A stretch of DNA of 64,000 nucleotides from Paragordius varius. Taxonomy: Eukaryota > Animalia > Nematomorpha. Positions 50,344-62,981 of the stretch are shown in pieces (the stretch's first letter is position 1; each line of letters begins with the position of its first letter). The stretch lies in assembly GCA_964247055.1 (NCBI GenBank), contig OZ176053.1:4898001-4962000 (forward strand), written 5' to 3'. Under the pieces are notes generated by a model. The model made no database searches and had not been told where the DNA came from. It worked only from the letters and a program-made list of their open reading frames with translations. A program made the position numbers and the translations under genes.

Positions 50344-53300
50344 ATGATGAATATTTACATCTTTTATTTTACCTTTTCTGCTCTATTTTTTAGTATATCT
50401 GAATCTCATAAATGTGATATAGAACAAGTAAAATTATTTTTTACTTAGAAATGTAATTTCGGATATAATGATATGATTAATGTCCACTTAATAACCCACA
50501 CACATGACGATGCAGGATGGCTTAAAAACATTGATGAATATTACTTTGGAAGTATTGATTAATTCATTTGCACATAAATAAATTAGTTTACATTAATGCG
50601 CGAACAATGAAATTTTGATTGTTTTTGAACTCAAATTTTTAATTCAGAATACCTTAGTTCAAATTGTGCATAAAACAGTACGTTATATTTCTTTGTTGAA
50701 GAATTCATATAACTGAATAAAATAATTGATTATAAAATCATCGCATCATTTTTTTAATTATCAATAATTTATATTAGCCCGTAAAAACATTAGCAACGCA
50801 AATGTTAAGGAAATACTTAATTCAGTCTTGGAAAGTTTATCTCGAAACCCTGGCAGAAAATTTAGTTATGTCGAAGCGAGTTACATCCATCAATACTTAC
50901 ACGAGGCAAATGATACTTATTACAGGCAACGTTGGGATGCCATAAACCGTTTTATTCAAAATGGTGGTAGTTTTGAATTGCAAAAATATATCATTTAATT
51001 AATTGTATTAATATATACTTATTTGAAGGGATCGGAACTGAAACCGTTTTTTTATGTAGGGCGGGATTTTTGTTTTCTCAGATGTTAATTCTAAATATTT
51101 ATTAACAAATGTCTTCAGTTTTGGCTGTTTAAATTTTATCCGTTACACAAAGGTAGTCTAATTATGGTAAAAATATATAGTTTAATTTTTGTATGCTACT
51201 TCTAAATAAACTCAAAAATACTTTATCATCCAAATAAATTGGTAATGTCATCATCAAAGACTCCGAATCCGGAGTTTTTATACCACGAAGTGTTGGCTGG
51301 GGCATGAAAATGCGCTAACGGCAAAGGCCAGTTTCTAATGATCTGTAAAAACATTGGTTGTACACAAAATTGGTAATATAAATAATAAAAATCTTTTAAT
51401 GAAAAATAAAATTTCCTTTTGAACCTTGGGAATGCGATTTTGAGTCCAAAACGATATTAAGCATTTTTTAGTTGCAAAACGATTTTGGCGATCGTTCGAG
51501 TCTTAATGCTTGGTTTTAACAAATTATTTTCATTTTTACTAAAATCATAACTGTTTCTTAATCTAGGACAATTAGAAATAGTTTCTGGTGGTTGGGTTAT
51601 GCACGATGAAGCTGTAACCCATTATTCAGATATCATTCATCAAATGACTCTGGGCATTAATATGTTTCGCGACGAATTTGGAGGTAATTTAACGATTTTT
51701 TAACACTGGCACGCTTAGTTATTATCTAAAATACTAATAACTTTTTATTTTTAATGTAAGTTTCACATATTAGAGCATATACTATTTAACGTAACATTTA
51801 TTAACAAAATAAATTCTGTCTTCATAAAGGGCCATTTTTTGTGCTGATCATTTTGCCATTCTTATATCAAATATGGGGTTTTGTGACTTTTTTTATTGTA
51901 TTATATATTAAAAAATCGTGGATTTTTTAGTATTCTTTCCTCAAAATAATAACTATATATATAAATATTTAGAGTTTTTTTAAAATACAAATTTGTAGAT
52001 TGGTTTTATATACATGATAAAAAGTCAAAAATATGAATGTGAAATTTTTGTGCGATCTTATATAAAAAATTTATTTCCTTAGTGATAAAACTATTATCTA
52101 AATTAAAAATATGAGTTTATAAAATATTTTGTATAGTTCTATATCTTACAAAGAGTTGATGACTTTAATTTTATTTACTATGCAAAAAATGACTTTTTAT
52201 ACCTATCGTTATTTTTTTATTCAAAAATATGACTTATTGTTTAATTTCTATATCCTGTCATTAAATTTAAAAAGATTTTAATACCAGGGTGTTAAATTGA
52301 CCCAAATTTATATTTTATACGGCGCGCCTACTATGGTAAAACTTATAATTATAAAGCAAAACGCAAAAACCAAAAAAAATATACTTTTTTTCAAAGAAAC
52401 CTCATATATATATATATATATAATTGAGTGTGTTTCCAATTTACATCTATATTCCCCAATTAACGACTCACACGGTAAGTTATATTTAAAAAAATCAAAG
52501 TTTTAGCATATATATATATGGTTGTCTTTTTTAAAAAATTATATGGTTATCTTTTGGTTTTCACGCGCTTTGTCGGTATAACTTCAATTGTTTTAATATA
52601 GTATTATATTATTATGTTTTGTAGATTGTGCATCCCGATCTCTCCGAACCGGTTGGCAAATTGATCCATTTGGCCATTCGGCAGCCACTGCATACTTGTT
52701 TGGGCTTTTAGGGTTTAAGGGCAGTTTTTGGGGTCGTATTTCTGATACAGTTAAACAGGCACGAATTGATGATCACACGCTGGAGTATTGGTGGAAGCCT
52801 TTACCAAATTGTAAACAATTTTGTATTATTATGTAGCTTTTTGTGTTAAAGTAAATCAAAAGTACGATTTCGGTGTTATTTGAGTATAAAACTAATTTAC
52901 TGTGGGTAAAATATGGTTAAAGTCAATTACATTTTAGTGGGGTACGTTAGAGTACCGTTTATGAAGGCATTTATAATCGCGATATGTTTTTTAAATGTTT
53001 TAATATAAGTTTATCATTTGAAAGTTTTGAATTATTCACATAACTGTGAACTACATTACTAGGCGAGCAATTTGTTAACTAAGTGTGAATATTCAAAATT
53101 GTAAGAATATATACATTGTTCAATTTATAAATCTTTCATAATAGTTCGACATATGTATGCGCCAAACGTCCCTTTCAAGAAATCCGATATGAGGGATCAA
53201 ATTCATCAACAAGAAACATTTATCAATGAATTGCAATCTGGACCTAAACATTTTATATCCATTTTACCTCAATTATATCAACCACCTCCAGGGTTTTGCT

Positions 53301-56300
53301 TTGATATATTCTGCAATGATGACCCAATCCAGGTTGTCGATTAAAATAATTTGAAAACAAATAATTTACTTTTTCCGGATTATAAGCAGTAGGAAAAGGA
53401 AATTAATATGTTAAAACTTAGGTGGGACATATTTTACAATTTTAAAAGATATGCTAAAAAGTAGTTGTTTTAATTTATTTTTTTGTCGCTTTCTTGTTTT
53501 CTAAAGATAAAACTTTTGTGTTACGAGTTACATGAGAATTTTAATAATTGAAAGGTAAAAGTCAAAATTACTCATTTTAACGTCTCAGATAAACTCTTAT
53601 ATATATTTTAATAAAAAAGGGCAATTGTTTTAACGATATATTTCCTTTGTTTGTATATGAATAAAGGGTTTATTATGGTGGAGTAGTTTATTTTAAAAAA
53701 TTTCTCATTTAAATCCGTAAATAATGTATATATTAATACAAATGTTTACCCTTTTTATATCCTTTTATTAAAACCTATTAAACTGCTTAGTAATCAATAA
53801 ATATTAACAATAAATTAGGATGATATAAATGACCCATTAACCTATAATGTGGATGAAAGAATTGAAACATTTCTTCAAATGATGCTTATTCAAGCGCTCG
53901 GTTACGATTCCCACCACATTGCTGTCACGATGGGCAATGATTTTCATTACCAAGTAGCGGAAAGTTGGTTCAGAAATTTGGATAAACTTATAAAATATGC
54001 CAATATCAAGGTAATTTTCTTGATAATTGCATCGTAAAAATGTATACCACATAATAATGAGTTATACCTAGTTTTGACCTTTTTTGACCAGTCAAAAATA
54101 ATCGAAACCGGTTTGACTGCTTATAAATGCAATCATTTTTATGAGAAATATAAATCTATATTGTAAATAAAAAGAATAGATGAAGTTAGCCGTTTATTGT
54201 TTAAAACTGTCAAAATATATTTGTAACAATTGATGTAAATTATAATTAATATCTAGCGGGTGATAAAGATTTGTTTAAAAATTTTGACTGGTTGTTTTAT
54301 AAGCGGTTACAGTAGCGGTCAATAAAGCTTTTGTAACCGGTCCATCCTTCCTTATATAATTTATATTTATTTAAAGCGTTCAATCAATGGTTCACAAATC
54401 CGTTTTAACCTGATGTACAGTACACCACAATGTTACATGCATGCATTGTCAAAAGCTAAATCACCAAAATTTATTGATTTAACTCCAACCGATATTTTGC
54501 AAATGCAGGAAAATAATGACAAGTTATTAAAAAACCACTTACCTCTCAATCATATCCATCGGCGATTTAAAACGGAGCCAATTTTGAGGCAACGTAAAAC
54601 GGAATCTAACGTCTATTACAAAATTTTTATAAATAATGGCGAAATAATGTATGGTCACAGTGTCAATGAAACAACCAATTTACAAGATATTCGTATTATG
54701 GGGCTTCATGAACGTCAGTATAAAAGTGCTTGGCCTATATCCTCTGGAGGTGATGGATTCCCCCTAGTTAATTATGGAATCAACATTTGGACTGGTATAT
54801 TTTAGTGGCATTTTAATACAATATATGGTCCTGCTTTGGTTTTTATTTAATTTTGACAATTCTTTTATTGTAAATTTAGGGTATTATAGTAGCCGACCGA
54901 CCTTTAAAGCCTATGTGAGAGAAGCAAGTGCTATGCTTCAGGTAAAAATAAATTTTTCATCCTTATATTTCATTTAATAAATTAAATTATATGATTTTTT
55001 AGATTTGTCAAAGAATCGCGGCCCTTGCACATATTCAACAGGCCAACGATGGACATATAAAAGGTTTTACATACTTTATATTGTGCTATATTTTCAACAT
55101 ATTGTCTCCAAATGATAAAATATCGATATAAAATTCTCGAAAATAAGGAATGTATATTCTTTCTAACTAATTATTTAGGTAATACAAACCGATATAATTA
55201 CGACCAATCAATGTTAAGTATGAGTGTGGCTTTGGTTCAACATCACGATGCTGTAACGGGAACTGCTAAACAACAAGTCACTAATGATTATGCTAGACGA
55301 TTGTCCCAAGGCATAAAATTGTGTCAAGTATGTGTGTTTACCAATATGATATTTAAAACATCTAATTTCTCAGTATATTTTGTATTTTATCGATGTATGA
55401 AAGGATGAAATACACAGTATAGTTGATTATACAACTTTAAAGTGGTTTTTCATACACCATTTTTATCTAGGAAGGCCTGTCTAAGGATATGCTCAATCAG
55501 TGATTGCAAGATATAAATTTTAAGCTGAGCAAATAATGGATAAAAAACGACAAATGAAATTCTTATTCAAATTTAAACCTGAATTTACGTGACTTTAAAC
55601 ATTATAAAAAAACATTACTTTGCTCACTTCATTGATAAAAATTTAATTATGTAGGATATTTTAGAAGAAAAGGCCTGTAACAATTTATTGACGATATCAA
55701 ATATCATCTCGTCCTCCAAATTGATCAGTACATAAAAGGAAATGGCATATTTTATGCCGAATTTTTTTATTAATTTTTACATATTAATACCACTTAAAGC
55801 AAAGGAACTTATATAATTTTTTGTTTATTATTCATTGCAAAATATTTAAGAATTGCAAAATTATCTAACTGGTTAGGACTGTAATGATTATGGATTTCTA
55901 AACCCTTTTCATGTGCCATTAAATATTATTTTTAATAATCCTTATAATATTTTTTGCTTTAAAACCGTTGCGCTTAACCCTCCATTCATTTTTTATATTT
56001 TATCATTTACTACTTTTAAATAGGAGAATATAGAGACTCAGCTCCACGCCATAAACATTTTGGACAAAAATGCAAAATTAATAAATTGTCCTTTACTCAA
56101 TATCAGTGTATGTCCTTTCACTCGGAAGCCTTCCTCACAAGTAAATCATTTTTTGTTAATTAAAAATATATATCATATTACAATAGCATATATTTCGAAC
56201 AATATTTTCCAATATACTTAGTATTTTTGGTTTGATATAATTGTAAAAATTTATGTGTGATTAGATTGAATTTATGGTTTATAATCCATTACCATGGGTA

Positions 56301-59300
56301 ACTGAGCACCATATTAATATTCCCATCCATTTTGTTAATGGTTCAAATCTGCAAGTCTTGGAATTAGCAGAAGATGGAAAACATGTGCAACATGATTACC
56401 AAGTATTATAAGTTTAGTGTCTTTAATTTTTCTGGAATAACCTTTTATTCACTTTTATTTGTTTAGATTTTTTATATAAGTTATTTAACAGGATCATGTA
56501 GTGTGATACGTGCTAAGCTATGTAAAGCTTACTAGTTTTTTTTTCAAATACCCTTAATTAAACTGCATTTATCGTTGACCGTTGATGAAATAGGATGGTT
56601 AAGAAATTTGTTTAGTTTTGTTTTAAATTTTCATATAAATTAGTTTATTTTTTTGTTAAAATATTTTTTCTAAATATATGAAAAAATGGTAACTTTTTTA
56701 CTTGTTTTAGTTAGCTTCCATACCATTGTCATTAATTCGATTACCTGAATGGATTTCTCATTTGTCAACTAATAAACATTTTAACGGAAAAAGTTCCAAA
56801 TTATTGACTATCAAATGTCAATTAAAACCAATGTCTTTTTCACGGTAAACATATATTGTTGAAGGCGAACATTTTTAAAATATATTTTTTATGTAAAGTA
56901 AAATTATCATTATTTTTTCACTGTATAAAAAATCATATTTGTTAATTATCACGAATATTTTTGCTTAAGACCGTTTAAATGGGTATTAGTTACAATTTTG
57001 TTTATTTATATCTTATTCATAACACATTAATAATATTGTTTAATCTACTTTTATAAATTATATAAAAAAGCAATAAAAAACCAATACACTTAATATCTAT
57101 CCATCTATTCTTTAAATTAATTTAATTAAATAAAATACCGTTGGCTTAAATTTTTTTGTCTATTTTTAAATTAAATTGAACCACAAAAAATAAATGAATT
57201 CAAATACACATCACTATGCTCGGTATTATCTATAGTAAATCATTTTTTTATTTCGATAAAAAGAGTAAGTTAGAGGAATTTTTTGCATTATAATTTTGTG
57301 TTTTATTTTATCTATATTTTGCAATGTTTTAATATAATTTTAGTGTACTTATTAATTCGAAGACGGCATATATCAAAATTACAATGTTATATAAACTATC
57401 TTATACAATTGTTGACTAAAATTTTGTTTATTCATAGATACCAAATAAGGTTTACAAAAGATAATAATGGGCAAGGAACAAATTTGATTTCGCGTGATAA
57501 CTATATGGATACGGATACCGAAAATGAAAATTATGTCATAGAAAATGAAGTTTATTATTTAATTTTTTATATTTGTCAGCCCGACCGTCCATAAAAATAA
57601 TTTAAACTTGGAATTATTTGAACTTAATTTTTATGGTATTTAATTACCTAATGCTTTAGGCGTCTAATTATTTCTTATATATTGAAATAAGATCAATATT
57701 AAAGATTCTCTAAAAAAAATATTATTAAACATGAAAATATGGTTGTTTTTTTAATAGCATTTACAATTTTTTCGAAAGAGAAAACATGTGTATGTGTATA
57801 TTACATTTTATTAATTTTTTAACACGAAATCCACATTTTTATGATTATCAAAAGTAGTTCTTTGCAAAATCCAGTCAATATACAAAATTATGATGTCCTT
57901 TATATTTTTTTTCGTTAATCAATTTTAATTCAATCGTATATATATTAAATATATATATTTGACTATTCCGTTTTTTTAGAATATGCGCTATGAATTTTCC
58001 ATGGTACCTGCATCAAACCTAATCAGTGGAAAATTGTACAATAAAATTACAAACATTGCAACTAAATTGGACATTGGGTTTGCATGGTATGGGGCCCCTC
58101 ATCACCCAAAATTCCCAGGATCTGATGCTTATTTGTTTCGATCTAATACCTATGAAGCAAGAAATTTATCTTATTTCGAAACGATACGTCCTAATAGAGA
58201 AGCGAATGGTTATAAATTTGAGGGTGAACCATTTTACAACAGCAATAAGAATGAAAAGAATAAATATCATAACAGGATGAAAATAAGCAAGGTATCAATT
58301 TTAGGGATTTAACCATATAATAATATTTATATAATCATATAAAATTTAAACTAATTAAAATATCATATTATTTATATCCACTATTTATGTTATAAATTTT
58401 TATTCATTTCGATAAAATTATTATAAACGAGGATATAAAATTTTATTTTACTTTATATACATATTTATTAATGCGAAAATTTCTTTATTTCGAAAGTTAA
58501 TAGTAATTTAGGTGTCAATTATATATTTTTAAACAAATTTTTATTATTTTTCAGGGTTCCCTGTATGAACAAGCGACCATATTTGTCAACGAATGGTTAA
58601 ATCTTGAGTTTCGACTTTATAAAACAGGACAAGTTGATAGCTTTCAAGTGGATTGGACCGTGGGCCCTATACCAATGTGGGATGCCCTACCAAAAGATAT
58701 AGTTTTGCAGTATCAAACAGATATCACATCGTTCAAACATCAACCGCAACAAAGTTCGGAAGAAAGATATGGCGAAAAGTAATTTATTTTAACATTCAAT
58801 TTCTTATGATTCGGTAATAACTTTTAAAAATTAAAAAAAACGCAAATACTATTCAATAACTATTATTATGTTAAACAAAAGTATTAATGCACAAACTCTA
58901 AAAAACTTTAATATATTATTATTATTATGATTATATGACAAATAAACGTTTAAAAGTGTATTTAAAACTCAAATTTTAATTTTGGAATTGTTTTTCTCGA
59001 AATGGAAGACCATGAGCTTTTTTGGGGCCTTTTGAAATTCGGACAAAGAAGATTTTTTTAAACTATGTTAACTCTATTTCTCTCCGTCCGTATTAAAAAA
59101 ATTTATATATCAAAAAGTAGCAGACAATAAAATTTGTGCTGTTCATATAAATTTATTTGGCTATTTATAAAATTTATCAAAGTAATTGAGTTATTTAATC
59201 ATATGGTTTCCAGTTGCAAAAACTGATATATTTAATATCCATATAGATATAAATTGATTTTGCTATTTTAGAGAATCCCAATTGTTGCAATTTTTCACCG

Positions 59301-61066
59301 ATTCAAATGGAAAATTTATGGTACCTAGGATAGTATACCCAAACCATAAGAATTTACCAAAAACATCCAATATTAAATACAATAGTACGCATGATAAAAA
59401 ATTAAATTTTGGCAGGAAATTAAGTCCATCCGTTTTATTGGCAAAACTTGAGCAAAATGACCCACGAATTCGACTTAATTATGTGGCTAAGCAATATTAC
59501 CCTATGACATCTAGAGTCTTTATCCGTGATGAAACAGTAACTTAGTTTTATTTTATGTAAGTATGATACAGTAAAAGCACAAAAATATGTGTTAAATAGT
59601 CGCCTTTCAATCGGTGTTTTGGAAATGATTAACCGAAAAAATATTTAATATATATTAGTTGCAGCTAATATATTATTTATATGAATTTTTTTGGCAACAA
59701 TCGTGCTTTTTCCTCTTATGCAATTATAAAAAAATACATATTTTTAATGATAGAAAACTACAGAGCATCACAATATTCGTCGACAGTTTGGCATTATATC
59801 AGATAGATCTCAAGGAGTTACATCTCATAAACCTGGTGGGATTGAAATAATGGTACATAGGCGACTTATTGAGGATGCTGGATTGGGTGTTGATGAAGCC
59901 CTGAATGAATTAGGTCCAGATAGAAAAGGTTTGTATATTTGATTAATTTTCTGTAAAGAAACTCCAATTAATCTTAATATAATTTTTCTGCTAGTAGGTC
60001 CCTTTTTTATAAAACCAATTGGGAAAATTGACTGACTATTTAAAAGGACAAAATGTGGTTTTCGGACATTTCAGCTTTACTTTGTGACAATAATTTTAAT
60101 TTATTTATTTGTCAAAAACATAATTTAAGATCCTACATAATTAAAACATTGTTTGATCATCCGTTTGCTTTTATAGGATTAATCGCTCGGGGAAGGCATA
60201 TCTTAGTATTTGACACTCCATCAAAAACAAATGCTCTTATGACTAAACTGGCACAAGAAAATTATTTGAAACCACATCTTATGTTTGTACATAATAATGG
60301 AAAGATAACGAAAAATTCCTTTAGAATGGTGAGTGTGAAAAATGATAATATAAGTTTAATTATATATTCATTGTTAAATTTTAACCCCTTTAACGAAACC
60401 GTATTAACTTATATAATATATTTTACTACAATATTCGTATGAGGTTGAGGTGAGTTCTGGCTTAATGTATTAAATGAGAAATTTGTTATAAAACTATTTT
60501 GCTTTATTTTATTTAAAAATGTTTTTAGTATGAAATGATACTTTACGAAGCCCTACCACCCAATATTAATATATTGACCTTCACTGTGTGGAATGATAGA
60601 CAAGTATTATTACGACTTGAACACATTTATGCTCCATATGAACACGTTACACTTTCTCTCCCGGTCTATTTGGATTTAAATGTAAGATTTTTGCAATAAA
60701 TTTCATATAGGCTAGATTTATAGCCTTCCAAATTTTATTTTTAACTGATACCCAAAATTTTTTCATGTTTAATGATGTTGAGATATGAGAAAGTTTACAA
60801 TATTTATTTATTCACAGATCAATCGATAGGGTTTTGTTGTGAAATATTTTATTTTATAGAATATATTTCGGATAAAATTCGCGCTTATTAAATCTGTTAC
60901 CTTGGATGGGGGTCCCTTAGAATCACAACAACAATATGATTGGTTCTCTCAGAATAATGAGTACCTAAAATCTCCACCTTTAAATATGGAATCCTTCAAT
61001 TCATCCACGGAATATATAATTATGTTAAAACCTTTGGAAATTAAATCCTACATATTGTATTTGTAA
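50344..61066 (+). CDS. MAN2B1: Lysosomal alpha-mannosidase (GH38), 22 exons: 50344-50427, 50449-50551, 50778-50963, 51567-51683, 52625-52810, 53145-53332, 53819-54010, 54377-54794, 54880-54941, 55003-55063, 55179-55327, 56024-56140, 56265-56402, 56711-56844, 57438-57549, 57980-58291, 58555-58778, 59272-59536, 59754-59928, 60177-60328, 60529-60681, 60860-61066
   Basis: Signal peptide, [26 protein letters not shown], nucleophile motif WQIDPFGHS, acid/base motif [46 protein letters not shown] and LLRLEH. All joins are GT-AG and phase-consistent. Confidence 0.96.
51240..51375 (+). mobile_element. Possible Tc1-like transposase remnant in mannosidase intron 3
   Basis: GC-richer island reading IPRSVGWG, then after a frameshift [11 protein letters not shown] (like SVMVWG..S.NG.G.L). 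Confidence 0.3.
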
Positions 61067-61236
61067 TAATTACTTTTTTGATCTCATTTACCATATACTA
61101 TATATTAATAATTTATATATATATATATATATATACCAGTATTATACATTTATTTCCCGGTGATCTCACACACACAACACATTCAAATGCATTTAAAAAA
61201 TAAATTATTTAGTTAAAATTTGGTTGATTATGCCAA

Positions 61237-62010
61237 TCAGTTTATTTGTCGTAGTGTTGATTTTTTTCTTATTATACGTTTAACATTTTCTAATAGGTCT
61301 GGTCGATTTCTGTGGAAAGAGGGGTGCAAGTACTCATGAAGTTCTTCAAAAACTATCCATTTATCATTGTAAAAATTGGTTACACTATTACTATTTATTG
61401 GATGATTTGTAATTTCTTGGGTATTAGTTTGATTGGATGATTTTAATTGCATTTTTCCAGTATCCCCATATCTACATTTGTAGTATATTTTGTTGCCTAA
61501 ATACAACTTATTTATTTCGACATTTTCATTGCTATATACTTGCATATTTGGATATTTGTTAACTCCTCTGTTATCCAAATCGTAATAAACGGGTGTCATT
61601 GGAGACGCCGATCCATTTTCCAATATCTCTTGAAAGTTTTGTACAAAGTTTTGGCCATTTGCCACTAATTTATTTTGATGTTTTGAGGATGGGTTTCTTT
61701 CAGACCATCTTGCTACCTTTTTGAACCCGTACAAATTTAGTTGACGTATAAAACTAGCAATATTTTTGGTATTAAATTCGACACATTTCGTCGTTTCCAT
61801 GTATTTGGGATATGCATTAACTAACATTGGTGAGACCTCAAAATCATCCAAATATCTGCGTTTGAAACGCTCAAAATTAATAAAAATTGTGGTGCCATTG
61901 GTGGACCAAAATATTTCTCCGGTCATACAAGTGCTTGCTAAACGATACAACTTGATTGGAAATGATTCTGGTCCCATCAATAGAATGGGAGGATTGTTAA
62001 AATTATTCAT
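61237..62010 (-). CDS. Heat-shock-factor-type DNA-binding protein (HSF5/HSFY-like), DBD only, intronless, 257 aa from the first ATG
   Basis: FPIKLYRL, IFWSTNGTTIFIN, FNTKNIASFIRQLNLYGFKKV and EYLHPSFHRNRPDLLENVKR. The stop follows about 12 codons after the domain. The ORF-track start at 62046 is a TTG. Confidence 0.92.
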   Translation of the reverse strand: MNNFNNPPILLMGPESFPIKLYRLASTCMTGEIFWSTNGTTIFINFERFKRRYLDDFEVSPMLVNAYPKYMETTKCVEFNTKNIASFIRQLNLYGFKKVARWSERNPSSKHQNKLVANGQNFVQNFQEILENGSASPMTPVYYDLDNRGVNKYPNMQVYSNENVEINKLYLGNKIYYKCRYGDTGKMQLKSSNQTNTQEITNHPINSNSVTNFYNDKWIVFEELHEYLHPSFHRNRPDLLENVKRIIRKKSTLRQIN

Positions 62011-62081
62011 TGTGTTTATAAAAAAAATAAAAATAGTTGCCCTCAAATTAACTTTCAGCTTTTTATGTCATGATTTTAACC

Positions 62082-62117
<36 letters not shown>

Positions 62118-62981
62118 GTAATCATGTTTATTAATATTAAACTCAACTCCATAAACCACAGTTTGGAGAAAGTACATTTTTGAGAACTTGAACTTTTTTC
62201 ATACCATGATAAATTATTTGAGTTGATGTAAACTGTCAAAATTGAAATAACAGACCATTTTTCTACATGGTTAATTAATAAATTATGGTAATATTGTTTT
62301 GATAACATTTATACATTACTAATTTTTGGGCCTCATAATTAACCTTAATGAAAAAATGTTTAAAATAACATAAGAATATTATTTATACAAACTTTTGATT
62401 AAACTTTGGGATCAATAGTCATAAATTATTTCAAAGTTTTTGATATGAGGAAATTCTTTGACTCCGAGTTAAAATATAAATGATCCTTAATGTGTGTACT
62501 AATATTTTTAATTTGAGGCTTTTATTGAGAAGTTTATCTGTAAAAAATGAAGTATATAATAAGTGTTTTTTAAAATGCAAATTAAAAATTGTGAATTAGA
62601 GAAACATAGACGCCCGTTATTCGAAAATGGAGTTTTTATATTTTTACGAATGCGAACATAGTATTTTATATTAGCCCTTGTATTTAGTCACTCCCTCTGT
62701 TAAATGTTTCAGAACCAAGTCCCTAAATAAATATTTGAAATATTTTTTTCCCGTAAACTTTATGAAATCAATAGTTTTAATTTTGAATAAAGGCAAAAAT
62801 TTAAGCTCAAGGTGAGGGCTTGTTTTATTAGTCGCTGGATAAGGCTACTTACTTCTGTAAAATACATTATATAATAATAATGTGGCTTAAAGTAAATTCT
62901 CGGAAAATCCATTAGATTAAATCAATAATGGTTTTACACATTCATTGTAAAATAAAAAATGTCCGACCGCTTTTTTAATGA

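Noticed and set aside
51226-51450. About 75 open codons antisense in mannosidase intron 3 (possible nested gene or snoRNA)
   Set aside because: No partner exon and no paired C/D or H/ACA boxes; the opposite strand is better explained as a Tc1-like remnant.
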